DNA of 63,962 bases, filler included, from Phoronis australis (lineage: Eukaryota > Animalia > Phoronida): assembly GCA_002633005.1 (NCBI GenBank). It is 11 parts of 11 records of this genome, joined end to end, with 100 filler letters (N's around TTAATTAATTAA, not from the genome) between each part and the next. Parts side by side here need not be neighbours in the genome. Positions count along the whole stretch, not along the records: positions 36,648 to 54,830 come from NMRA01001472.1; positions 54,931 to 58,398 come from NMRA01003000.1; positions 58,499 to 61,840 come from NMRA01003082.1; positions 61,941 to 63,962 come from NMRA01002048.1; 7 more parts are not named here. One strand, given 5' to 3'. A program made the position numbers and the translations under genes. Positions within the stretch are counted from its first letter, which is position 1; each line of letters starts with the position of its first letter. Under the pieces are notes generated by a model, which saw only the letters and a list, made by a program, of their open reading frames with translations, did not search any database and had not been told where the DNA came from. Shown piece by piece: positions 51,901 through 63,962 of this stretch.

Positions 51901-54900
51901 GTTATCAAACAAACGCATTGATCATCAGGAACAATTCAGATCAAGTAACAAACAAAGTCAATGTGGCTTACACTGTTTACGTTTTCAATTATTAGTTTTT
52001 TAAAGAATAACTAGCTTCAAATTAATACCCATTCCGTGCGGGTTTCCATAGTCGGGTAATTCGAGTATGTTGCCTTAGCACGGAATACACTGCAAGTGTC
52101 ATATAATGAAGCAGTGGTAGATTCAAAACCACGGGTGACTTCAGCATGGATGTCGCTGGGGTTACTTCGCCTTCGGAAGCCTAAAACCAAACCGGCATTT
52201 CGCTATTACATGGGCGGCGCACCATAGGGGGCTGGGAAGGCTATAGCCCCACCACTTTTTCAATGTTCTGGCGCCCATGGTCTATGGGCGTGGTACCACA
52301 GGGGATCTGGGGGCCTATAGCCCCACTTTTCTCAGATCTGCTGTTGTTAAGTAAAATGAGAGTTTGTCCCACTGTAGAATGCGTTAGTGACAGATTCAAA
52401 CCACGCGGTCGCTTACAGAATGCCACGTCTCCGTTGACAGCTGCAACTATAGCACACTGCTACTCGAAACGTTGATTCAGTTACCGCATTTTAAGGCATC
52501 ATGTAGTATTGAAAATCACGGAATAGGCACAACGTAGCAAACTTGAGTATGGTCGTTGTTCCGAATAATTGTTGCACTAAAAACTCTTGCAGTAGCGAGC
52601 TTTGTTGTAATACGCTACTTTCGTGGAACGAACACCACCAATTCGTGAATGTAAGGATGTCGTTAACACCTACAGTTTTTTGACACTCGCAATGAATATT
52701 TCCAATTCTCTTTGGCTGCCGATTCAGTTAGAACAGTACTCTTTCCGAGCGAGTTTAAAAATTCAGTGACGTAGTCGACTGACTGCACGGGGTCAAAAAA
52801 AATCGCATGCTGTGCGCGAATAGTCCGAATAATGTTCCTCTGCTGGGACCTTGACCGTGCGCGCAATCCACTTGATCAAGCAGTGTTGCAATGCCATGAG
52901 ACCTGGGATATATTAATTGGATAAGCAGGACATTTTACTTGAAAATTGATGACATGTTTTTTTCCACCACAACTTATAATAGGTTAATCGTTTCAGAATT
53001 ATTGGAAACATTGCTGTTTTGTACCGTTTTATCACATGTTCTGCCGTGGCGCAGAACTTTTTCGGTGCATCCGAAAATTTACAATAGTAATCAAAAATTC
53101 TTGTCGGTGAAACAAGGCAAAGATTGTATCTGCACTAGATCATGTTCAGGCTATGCATGTATGTTCACAATGACATGAAAAAGTCATCTATAGGCGTGTT
53201 CTCTGTTAGTGTTCTTTCGAACTTGCTTTGGCAACAACTAACTAATGGTAGGACCTACATGAGTTGTTTCATATTTCCAATGTATCAGCCGAGAAGTATA
53301 GATACACAAACTCAGCAGGCATTATGCTTGAAATTCCAGGTTGAACAGTTCGACTTGACACGAGTGACCAAAACCTGAGCTCTCATGAGAGTATGGGTTT
53401 GTACAGTAGTATTATTGCATCATTCTAAAGTGCGGAGACTGACTTCAAAAATAGCAGTTATTTAACGGTAACGAAGTAACTTCATTTTTAAAATAGAAAC
53501 ATTCTTGTCATGGTTGCTCTGCCGTATTTTAAAGATTAACGGGGACTCGGTTGATGAAAGTGGGTTATGAAATCAATCACTACAAGTGAGTATCACCTCT
53601 CTGCAGGTCACCAAAAACATGCGTGTCTGGAAATTGCACTTGTAAAGTAAGCGAAACGACCTACATGTGGGCCTAATTTTGTTACTTTATCTCGATGCTC
53701 TGTTCTAAACGTAATTGATATATTGCAAGTTTAATAAATATTTCTCAAAACAATTAAAACGATCGCAATGACCCTTGCTTGATTTTAATCAGACCGCATT
53801 GTTATTGCTCAAATGTGTATCGGGTTTTTAAATTTTTAGTGAAATGAAGTACAGTTTTGACGTGCCAGTGTACGTCTAATTATTGAATTCCAGATTTTGT
53901 TCTATTAATAGATGGACTGATGTACACATGACGCATTGTACCACTGGGTGATTTGATATAAAGAAAGGAATTTTAAAGATTTATTTAGATATTTTTCTAA
54001 CATCCAAATGTTTGGCAGTACAACGTGTTATAATTTTTGGGTGACTGCTATTATTCTACTGCCCAATATTTTTCAATTGTACACATTATCTGTACTTATT
54101 TCTTTCTATATGTTGTTCAAGTTGTTGAATTTTTGAATTCCTTGTTTGGTTGTCATAGAATTGGACGTTGTCATTTCGTTGCATATTCTCTGAGACCGTG
54201 TATTTTTGACATTTCCCTCCTAACGTACCATTCTGAAACAAAATGTTGAATAAAATAAATCAAAAAACATCTCAAATTTTTGTTACAATATAGAAAGCTG
54301 TATCCATGCCTAAACACCAGTTTAAACGCCTGGTCGTGCAATTGTCAAACGAAAGTAAAAAAAAACAAATTGCAACCTCGTTTATTTGGTTAGTCACGGA
54401 CTATTTAATTGGTTCTTTGCGATAAGGAAATGCCCCTTTAAATATATTCAAGAACTGACAAATGTATCAATTTATCGCGTGTACACGCGAAAACTGTCTG
54501 GAAAAGCGCTCTTTTTAAAAGCAACCCTTCGCCTGGCCAGACCACTGCCACGTCGTCTCAAGAACAGCAGAACAGGTTGGGTTTGCGTCGAAATGGGAAC
54601 CACAAGATTGATTGGTTTTCTGAATAGCAATCTTGACAAGAAGAATGGGTTTGGTGAAATGTGTTTAAACGTGTGTTTAATTTGTAGAAAACTCTATATT
54701 CTTTCCCAGAACATTTTACCTGCTGACATTTTGTTCGATGCCATTAACAAGTTGAATCATAGATTATAGACAACAGATTCGCAACTCCGGCATATTCTTA
54801 CGAGCTGAGTTGACCTCTAATGACCTATCTNNNNNNNNNNNNNNNNNNNNNNNNNNNNNNNNNNNNNNNNNNNNTTAATTAATTAANNNNNNNNNNNNNN

Positions 54901-57758
54901 NNNNNNNNNNNNNNNNNNNNNNNNNNNNNNAATTAATTACCTTGGTGTTGGAAAATTGGCGTGCTTCAGTTATGTTGCTGTTAAAATTGAGATGCGCTCT
55001 TTGGGCGCCATTGCGTCTACTTCTGGCCAAACAAATGTCATAACAATTGTAAGTGGTTTCATTTCATCACAAGTTTTTAACATTTTATTAACAAAAAACC
55101 CAATTTCAGAAAAAAACTCGAGAGATATTGCAAAATTTTCGGAAATGGCGCATATGTGTGCGTGTCACAAGTATGCTCTGTTTTCAAAATGACCACAGAT
55201 TTTCCACCACTGTTACAAAAGGCAGAGAATTACGAAAAACAATGTTCATTAGATTGTCTTTTTACTTCTATAAACGGCTGTAACTGGCAAGATGAATGTA
55301 GGTTCATTCCAAGATTCTGCATGCACCCCTGTAGGTTATTAGCTCTAAGTTTCACGACGAGGAGACAAGCTGAGCACCGGGGTTGAGTGAAATTTCGGTG
55401 TCTAATGGAGCTCTACACACAGATACTTAGCAGTACTTAGCTGTATGTTGACGATAGTCTTCATACCGGGGAAGAATCCCGCAGCTGCACACCTTGCCTA
55501 CTAAAATTTGACAATGACTGAAATTCTGCTTGAAGCTTTGAGCACGGCCTTTTCAAGAAGTATTCCTGTCAGTTGCGATGAAAAAAAAAAAATGTTCACT
55601 CTCAAGAGTATCTATTTCCCTCGGCGTTTCCCACTAGCTGCTACCCGTGCGAACGGCTAGGTATAGCGTACTTGGGAACGATCAGAAGTTGAGGACGCCT
55701 GTGCATTCAACTAGTGTACTTGAGTATTGGCTAAGGTAGCAACATGACCCTGTATGATGGCCAACGTCTCTACTTGGGCCAGCTGAGAGTGACACGGTGG
55801 TACTCCATAGCCAGGCTTTGCAGAGTCGCCAAAACCGAAAACGGACACACAGAGTCTGAACAGTGAAGTTCATAATCATAGCTGAATAAGTGTTATGTTG
55901 GATTCCTTACCGTTATTACCACTCATTTCGTCTGAAGCTCTCGTGCATCTCTTCTAGACGTGAGACGTTAAAGTCACATGATCCACCGAGTAAAAACTTA
56001 GATAACAGGCCCTGGCCTAGGCAATGCCTCGGCCTTGTCTCTTCAGGTGCATCTCAAAATCAAAACATCCACTGACTCACGATATGTTACACATGAATGA
56101 TGACGTCAGATAGCTAGGCTCGTGATTTATCATTGGTCACACAGGGCTCTTTCGATTGTCCTGCGAACCTGTCGGCGGTGAACGAAGGTACACCGGCCCG
56201 CAATGGACNNNNNNNNNNNNNNNNNNNNNNNNNNNNNNNNNNNNNNNNNNNNNNNNNNNNNNNNNNNNNNNNNNNNNNNNNNNNNNNNNNNNNNNNNNNN
56301 NNNNNNNNNNNNNNNNNNNNNNNNNNNNNNNNNNNNNNNNNNNNNNNNNNNNNNNNNNNNNNNNNNNNNNNNNNNNNNNNNGTGCTATAGCCTCCACTTT
56401 TCCCATGTGCCGCCCATGTGGTACCTGCGGAAGATGCACTACAAATCTTACATTTATCACGGGTTAGACAAAAAGTAGGCCTACCGTTAAAAAAGGTTTA
56501 CTTATAAGCGAAATGTCACTTAAAATACATTACAAGGCCCCAATGCTTCATAAACTTTAGGAAAATCAAATTTTCAATTAATTTTCATAACATCTGTGTC
56601 GGTATACTATAGTAGTATTAAAGAATTCCAAATCGAAGAAATATAAGCTAGCAATTTAGGGCTACAAAAACTCCAGTAATCTGGTAAATGTTGAGTAACA
56701 TTCAATTTTTGGCCTCTTACAGGATTCAGTTAAACTGGAATAACATCTTTTCACGGGGCGCATCCAAATTAGTGTTATGCCTACTATTACGTTGTAACTG
56801 ACTTTATTTCACGACGGTGGAAAGAAGTGTTGGCGGAAAAGTGGATCAAACGGTTTGACAAAACTGAACAAAAGAGCACCGAGATCACGGATCATCAATG
56901 AAACAAAAAAAATCTATTCCGAGTTTATTGAGGTTGGCCATCCCCTAAATTGTTTTGACACCTTTGATCCAGCAATGCTGTGAAGATTTAAATTATGTTT
57001 CTCTATGCCATACTAAAAGAACATTGTTGGGAATAAGTTTGGCTATCGTCAAACCCATCAAATGGATTTTCGCTTCATAGGAAGCGGTGCGTATTTTGAC
57101 CACGGAATATTCACAGACGCGATCCCCGAGACGAAAAATATACAAGTTAAAAAAAATCCATACTCCTGGGAATTGTAACAATACATGTGATACCAGGACA
57201 AAATATTAGTGTAATCATAGACACGGTCTCCTTGTATATTGTATACTGTAATTATAGAAATAGTCTCAGTGTAGTAGGCCTATGTGAATTAAAAACTCGG
57301 GCAAACCATAACTTCCAAATAGCCTAGTGAAGTGTCATGTAATTCTCAACAACACACTCTTCTAATACTCCTCGTTGACCCGTTCCTCCTGACGCGGGAT
57401 CCTCCGGAGCTGGGAAGGTTGGTCGGCGTAATGTACACTTATATTTTTTCCACTTTTCGATGTCCGGACGATCTCATTAATCGCAAAAGTATTACGTTTA
57501 TACAACTGGAAAAGTATGTTGTCGCAGTGGCGGATCTATGATATCACAAAGGGGGCCCAACATTTTGTCCGGCTGTAAGCATTTGCGCAAACCACGATTG
57601 TAGATGCGTATAGCACCGAATGGGGGGAGGTCGGGAAGGGGGTTTGTCCCCTCCCGCCCAGGAAGATTTTCTGTTTTTTCCTCTAAAAATCAAGCATTTT
57701 CCTTGATTCCTGAAGTATTATCCAACAAAAAAGGCAGAAAAAAAAACGGGAAAGACTG

Positions 57759-57832
57759 TGGGATCCACAGACTTGAACTCACGACAAGGCGGATATCTAG
57801 AGCGCGCGTGCTTTACCACTAGACCACCACGA
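57759..57832 (-). pseudogene. tRNA-like sequence (tRNA pseudogene or SINE head)
   Basis: A box TGGTCTAGTGG and B box GAGTTCAAGTC at tRNA-like spacing, followed by a T-run. Stems do not pair convincingly. Confidence 0.6.
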
Positions 57833-58546
57833 TTTAACTACTAAGAGACCTACTTATTTATGATCCACAGCGTTTGCGCGCGAAACCTACTTCTTTTTGT
57901 AATGCTTATTACACGTTTTATATTTTGTGCCATCGATTCTTAACAAATTTGTTGTATTTAAAATAGTCTTCAAATGCCCAAAAGACCAAATCCGTTTTTC
58001 GTGTTGGCAATAATGACGGGATTGCTTTGGAAATCGTCTTAAGTTAAGGTTTGACAAAGAGATAATTAAGAGTTTCTGAGTGATTCACCAAAGCTTCGAT
58101 TAAAATTCACATCTTACCAGCTGTTTTTTCATCGTCACTCAGGTTCCATTTTCTTTAAAAAATGAAGTAAATTTTCTTCATTGCGCAGTGGAACAGACGA
58201 CTAGACCGGGATCCCAGAGCTTTTTTGGGCATGAAAAGGTAACCAATTTTCTTTGGTGCCACAGTGCTCTATGGGTATCCTGATGCTTGGAAATGGTCGT
58301 CTGGCAGGTTCGCTCTGGTGGGTGTGGTCAGGGGAGCCAAGACGGACCCGGCATCCACATTGGGGAAGGGGGTATCCAACCACTATGTATAATATTTTNN
58401 NNNNNNNNNNNNNNNNNNNNNNNNNNNNNNNNNNNNNNNNNNTTAATTAATTAANNNNNNNNNNNNNNNNNNNNNNNNNNNNNNNNNNNNNNNNNNNNGG
58501 TTGTTATATCTTGGCAATGGTACAACTCGCATAAATTTTATGGCAG

Positions 58547-58752
58547 GTTGAGTTCCATGAGCGAGAGTGCCGGCGGCCTTGCCGCGTTCATGGCTTCGTC
58601 CGGATCTGGTGGTATGTCATCATACGGTGGGGGCATGTCTTCTTCCGGAGGAATGTCGTCTGGATACAGTCAGAGTATGTCTTCGTCGTCCAACCAGGCC
58701 TTTGCATCAGCCTCGCTCACTCTTGGAGGCGGTGACGCGTCATCCGGTGAAT
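58547..58752 (+). CDS. Gly/Ser/Met-rich exon A (phase 2->1)
   Basis: GGCAG|G TTG AGT...GAA T|GTAAGG; 206 nt. Translates LSSMSESAGGLAAFMASSGSGGMSSYGGGMSSSGGMSSGYSQSMSSSSNQAFASASLTLGGGDASSGE. Confidence 0.75.
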
Positions 58753-59158
58753 GTAAGGACCTTAATTTGGTGCTTGAGTAGGCCCTAGTGTCCGTAGACA
58801 TTTGCCTACTAACCCCTGGAATTTGCTACAAGGATTGACATAGTTAGACCTTGAATGTGCGCAGACTCAATGTCCTGTCATCCGAGCATCGTGTGTTAAA
58901 ACATTTCCTTGCATTTTGCCGTTCCTTACTAACACGTGTTATGGATTTGCTTAACTAATTAAGTATTTTTTTCTTGCAGCAAAGTTTTCATAGCATGCTA
59001 AGGTTTGAAGATTTCAGGCAAAAACGTCGTTGAATCATCAATGGGTAATAGAAGATCGAATAGTGGCAGCTAAAGACGATGCTTTTTTGTGAAATGATTG
59101 ATTTGGATCTGTTTCTATCAGAACACGTCAAGTAAATCTATTTTAAATTGTGTAACAG

Positions 59159-59298
59159 AATTGGCGGCAGCGGCGGCATCATGTATGGCGGCGGTGCCGG
59201 TGGTGCTGGCGGCGCCGGCGGCGAGAGTCTCGCATTCATGATGGGAGGTGGTGGCGGCGGCGGCAGCGGCAGCGGCAGCGGTGCTGGAGACGGCGATT
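59159..59298 (+). CDS. Gly-rich exon B (phase 2->1)
   Basis: AACAG|A ATT GGC...GAT T|GTAAGT; 140 nt. Translates IGGSGGIMYGGGAGGAGGAGGESLAFMMGGGGGGGSGSGSGAGDGD. Confidence 0.75.
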
Positions 59299-59720
59299 GT
59301 AAGTGACTGCTGGCTCATTGTTGCTCGCACTCTCGCTGTTGGAGGCGGTCTCATGACTTGCATCTGGTCCTATGGTGGCGCTGGATGTCCTCGTGGGATA
59401 GTGACGCAGTTGCTTTCTGTATTTTACTCTGTGACAACCTAGTAAAATGTTACTGCCCGAATAAGGTGCACAAGCTTCAGACAAGGGTTGCTACTTTTTA
59501 GTTGACAATACATTCTACAATTTAATCCGCAACTCATTCAGTTCGAACTTTAATCTTCCTTCATCTATTGAACAAATCTGAATGTTAATGCGGCGATTTT
59601 GCTGAAATGTTAGTCACATCAGTTAAATACAGACATACTGCTCTCACTGTCTCACATGTATTTCTTCTCTGAGCTTTTCATTAGCGTATAGTATCTCACC
59701 TGAAGCATATTCCTCTACAG

Positions 59721-59977
59721 GCTCCTCAACGAAAATGAAAGGAACGCAGCCGGCGGTTCTTCCCGAATGTCACGTGACGGTGGCAGAGGGGAACTGGCCA
59801 ATAACGATAACGCTTCTAAGTCTGCCTCCTCTTCTGCTGCCCATTCTGGTTCTGCTGGCCAGTCTGGTTCTGGTTCCCAGTCTGGTTCTGCTGGCCAGTC
59901 TGGTTCTGGTTCTCAGTCTGGTTCTGCTGGCCAGTCTGGTTCTGCTGCTCAGTCTGGTGGCGAGAAGCCCGACGACG
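59721..59977 (+). CDS. Ser/Gly/Gln-repeat exon C (phase 2->1, or terminal to stop at 60000)
   Basis: TCCTCTACAG|G CTC CTC AAC...GAC G|GTACAC; 257 nt. Translates LLNENERNAAGGSSRMSRDGGRGELANNDNASKSASSSAAH then SGSAGQ/SGSGSQ hexapeptide repeats. Confidence 0.7.
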
Positions 59978-60433
59978 GTACACCAGATGTCGCTAGATAA
60001 TTACATGTTGTCACATGTCACGTGCTTGATTGCTTGTTGTAGTCATTTCGTAACAGTATCCCACCTCTGCTTAGAGTGTATGCATGTATAGTTTCCTTGC
60101 CATTTATTTCAGTTTGGCTGGGGTTGGTTTTTGGACTCACGTAATCTAACAATCTCTTGTTTTACTTATTTACGCACAACTGCATATTTGTCAAGACACG
60201 ACGTGTCCAGTGGAAAATTTCGTTTCCGTTGACAAAATTTCTCCCTTTCAAAAAATGTCATTGTCCATGAAATGACTTCCCAAAGCTAATGGAGATTTAA
60301 TTGTTACGTGACTTCCACTTACCAATCCCAATTTTCTACGCGTTGCTTTGGGCCCGTGGCCCTTACTTGCTATTCCTATGCCTTGACTTCTGTTCCCTTT
60401 TGCTTAAAGTAGCTCTACTTGTTCCTCCGCTAG

Positions 60434-60543
60434 GCTTGCAGACAACGAAAACAGAAATCGGAGCCGCAACGATCCCGGTGACGTTGACCTGCTTAGCGCA
60501 ATGTTAGATTCGACAGTTCAAAATCAACCCGAGAAAAAACCGA
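60434..60543 (+). CDS. Exon D (phase 2->1, or terminal to stop at 60551)
   Basis: TCCTCCGCTAG|G CTT GCA GAC...CCG A|GTATGT; 110 nt. Translates LADNENRNRSRNDPGDVDLLSAMLDSTVQNQPEKKP, with a start resembling exon C. AATAAA at about 60723. Confidence 0.55.
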
Positions 60544-62256
60544 GTATGTAGTTCATGAAACACCACTCCAAGATGCATCGCGAAACTTCGGCTAACCTGA
60601 TGCTATTGTAGTTTTACACAACCTTACATCTTATGCGATCTGACTTTGGTGTGGACGTGTTTAGTCGTCTGATAACGCTTCTGTGTAATTTTCTTGCTTC
60701 GCACCTGCTTTAAGCGAGTTACAATAAACTTCGCCAATTATTTGACTACTGAACTGCACGTGGATAGTTACACTTGATCAAGTAACGTTACTTTAAAGTT
60801 TGAGTTTAAATGGTTTTATCCAAACGTCATCTATATGTTATACGTTTTAAATAGCGATTAATTGTTCTTAATTTTGTTTTAAATTGCCTGGTGTAAACTG
60901 TAACGGAGTCTATGTATTACAGAATATATGTATGCAGCATGATATGTTGTATTCCTTCACTACTATATCTCATGCATGAGTGTTTTCCACTAATCTAACC
61001 CTTGGTAGCTACGAGTGGACCTAATACCTCGGCCAACTCTCTATCCTCAACCTATTTGATTACAAATTTTGAGTTTAATTTTAGATTTAGTTGCCAATAC
61101 GTTGCATTTATTCGCTACGACTGCTTAGATGGGAGTATTTGTTTTGCTCTGTGCGACGAGACGTACTTTTTAGTCAAATCGCGCCGGATCCATGTATTGA
61201 CGTGTTCATGTTGTTAAGTTAAGATACTTTACCAGCTATCAGTTTTCGGCATAGCGCATAGTATTTTGTTCAAACCAAATTGTTACGACAAGCAACAAAC
61301 TTTTTCTGGTGGCAAATTTGTGAATTTTGTCAATAATTAATTTACCTCATATCTTACTGCAACTCTATCATGCGTAACCAATGTTGAATTTCATTTATAC
61401 TATATGAAAAATGTTCTCTTTTCTGCTCTCTCATTGGTAACACACTGTCTTTGGTGAGTAGCTATCTGACAATCTATTCAGTTCTTCCATTAACAGTACT
61501 TACCGGCAATAGGGCTATTTGGACAATCCATTAAGATGCTCTGCTGTTTTTCTGTCAAGTTGGGGACTCTTTTACTTGTATTGGGCAGCGAAAATGGTCC
61601 AATGACGTAGTATAACATTTAGCTCTTTGGCACCTAGTTATGTTATGTTTTACGATCACAGTGAGTGGTAATTGATTTCTCTCAGCTTTCTAAGATTTTA
61701 CTTGGAATGCACTGCAACTCTAAAGATGTAAATGCCAATATCTCACAGCCGTGGACATTTTCGCCTTGCACCTGTTTCACAACATTAATGCATTATTTTT
61801 CTCTTATTCCATCGCTTACCTTTCATTGACTCTGCGCTACNNNNNNNNNNNNNNNNNNNNNNNNNNNNNNNNNNNNNNNNNNNNTTAATTAATTAANNNN
61901 NNNNNNNNNNNNNNNNNNNNNNNNNNNNNNNNNNNNNNNNATGCACAGATTTGTATTTAAACCTGCAGTTAATCCAGACTCCACGGGAACTTAAAAAATC
62001 TTAGAGATGTTACTTATAAAACTTAATGAGGATTTTAGGTAATTTGCTTGAGTCAAAACCATTTTTATTCAAGCATTGAAATCGCCATATCGAAGACGGC
62101 GATTTCGAGGCAGTCGAGTCGGCGAGTTTTCGCCCTGGAATTTCAGCACAATTTTCTGTAAAATGGTCGTAATTTAGCTGCAAAGTTTGATAGCAATGCA
62201 ACACAGTTTTGTTGAAAGTCTTTCATAGATTACATATACGTCACAGAGCGTAAATT

Positions 62257-62313
62257 TTATGAATCTTAGCTTCCGATTTCACCCGTTTCGGAGACCGGGT
62301 TTCAACCGCCTTG
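62257..62313. repeat. Dispersed repeat end shared with 24223-24282
   Basis: ATGAATC.TAGCTTCCGATTT.ACCCGTTT.GGA.ACCGGGTTTCAAC.GCC at both loci, on different contigs. Confidence 0.85.
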
Positions 62314-62808
62314 GGTTACAATATCTGAAACTTCTATTCTGGTGTCTGCTCAAGGCCTAGTTAATGCTTACGTAATACTGCACAAGCGATTTGTGTGGTT
62401 GGCTGGCTCACTATAGGGCTATTGTTAGGACGGCTTTGTCATGAGCGACAGCGGGCAACTGGGATAGCGAAGCGGTCGCTCGCTGAGTGGGCTGACCCTC
62501 ATGACTTAGCAACAAATGCTGGTCCTACCAACGAAGGCACAGACTAGTCCCCTCATCACAGTAACTGTCCGTGCTGTTGTCGCCTGGGCAACAACGAACA
62601 CATTATATAATCACATTGTCCGCATATACTGCACTGGTGTTCATTTATTAGTAAATGCGTAACACTGATGCAACACCTATCAGGCAAGTTAACTCACATG
62701 ACTTTCGAAATAAGGAAAAGACAGAATAAAGTCATGAACTTGACAGTATCATTGGCTTGCACAAAATTGATTGTGCACTGGAGGGCTAAGACGAGGCTAT
62801 TAGCTTAC

Positions 62809-62981
62809 CCGGCCATGATCACACGTGGATACTCCCCAAGGGGCGTGGTTGCAATGAGTGATTGATGACTCATTACCAAGACAACGCACCATGTCTAACC
62901 AGATTGGTACTGAGTCACTTGTCTGTATAAAACGTCGCATATCAGAGGCTGCCGAGTGTCCCAACTGACGACAGACAACAT
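62809..62981 (-). CDS. Multi-SRCR protein exon: second half of domain
   Basis: 173 nt, phase 1->0. Translates (N)VVCRQLGHSAASDMRRFIQTSDSVPIWLDMVRCLGNESSITHCNHAPWGVSTCDHGR. Confidence 0.95.
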
Positions 62982-63590
62982 CTGAAGAGTGAAACAAAAG
63001 CAATGCTCAAAGTACATCACAAACAGCAAAGATACGAAGAGTGATCAACAATTATGATTGCTTTAGAAGGCCACAAAAAGGTGCAGCAAAATTAAATACC
63101 ATAACTTAGAGATGCCATGATGGCATCTGTAAGTTTAGTAAGTGAATGACACAGGCACATGAAATAAACTTTGTCAGTCGCAAGCTCTGAACTGAAAATA
63201 TATTACCAATATTGAAGTTTGTTTTTATAATGAAAACTACTGGGGATGGAAACAACACTTTACCAAGAGCTGTGGAACTCATGTCACAAACTTGGTGCAT
63301 TTACCATCTTCATCAAAACACCACACACCGTAAAACTCTGAGCGTAAAGCACTCTCACTCTGAACAATTGATAGTCAAACACCACTGACCTGTGGTCTGA
63401 AATCAGTGATTTGTAATACATTTTATGGAACTTCGCGACTTCATTCACGAGAACTGTACAAAAAATTTTCATGGTCAGAGTGCGAGTGCGGTCAGAGTTC
63501 AGGTTCGTGGTAAAGCTGTCGCCTGTGGTAACAGTTTGTTTCCTCCACGTGTGTATACCATCACAGAAGACGATTGTCTACACTACATAC

Positions 63591-63776
63591 TGGCTTCTCT
63601 CCAGGTGAATCCTTTATCACAGACTGTGCCCCATGTATCATTATGCCATACTTCTAGTCGCCCCATCTTCCTGGAGTCCCCATCCTTCAAGCGTATTCTT
63701 CCAGCACCTTCAGTTATGGTGCAGTTCACGCCAGCGTCCTCAGAGTGGTCTTCCTCGCAGTTATGGACCCCCCATC
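63591..63776 (-). CDS. Multi-SRCR (scavenger receptor cysteine-rich) protein exon: end of one domain and start of the next
   Basis: 186 nt, phase 1->1. Translates WGVHNCEEDHSEDAGVNC...IRLKDGDSRKMGRLEVWHNDTWGTVCDKGFTWREA, with canonical SRCR motifs. Confidence 0.95.
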
Positions 63777-63962
63777 CTGAAGCACGTGCAATATGATATT
63801 GAATTAAAAACAGCTTGGTGCTACTTATAAACACCAGAGTTCAGGATCTCAGGCTTGGCTTAGACTCAGACGGGAATTCAACCAATCACGCTGCCTGATT
63901 CAAGTACAAATTTGTAAATTTACAGTCAACGCATGTATTAACAGGTCAATTGTGGAGTCGAA

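Noticed and set aside
58980-59002. 23-nt micro-exon bridging exons A and B (and a similar one at 59443-59465)
   Set aside because: The length is 3n+2 and does not convert phase 1 to phase 2. The first also contains an in-frame TAG.

Overview
This is eukaryotic (metazoan) genomic DNA, not prokaryotic. It is AT-rich, has GT-AG introns and is rich in repeats; a marine invertebrate source is my guess. It is also not one continuous locus. Ten identical 100-bp artificial linkers (N44-TTAATTAATTAA-N44) join eleven separate sequence pieces, so neighbouring pieces need not be neighbours in the genome. Recognisable coding content: five internal exons of sorting nexin 13 (SNX13, minus strand, 9-3598), four internal exons of RNA polymerase III subunit RPC5 (POLR3E, minus, 4866-7193), two SRCR-domain exons (minus, 62809-63776), an ankyrin-like exon with a nearby collagen-like segment (46753-47180), and four Gly/Ser/Asn-rich exons (58547-60543). 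Mobile DNA includes the 5' end of a BEL/Pao-like LTR retrotransposon, a complete tRNA-derived SINE with a 13-bp target-site duplication, several MITE families, minisatellites and local duplications. The most notable observation is the four-exon cluster: every exon is 3n+2 long with phase 2->1, so they cannot be chained in frame and look like a mutually exclusive cassette, possibly alternative intermediate-filament tails. Also notable are a minisatellite built from an SNX13 exon end plus its splice donor, and a satellite-like repeat with periodic CTCF-like motifs. All gene identities come from my recollection of the protein families, not from a database search.
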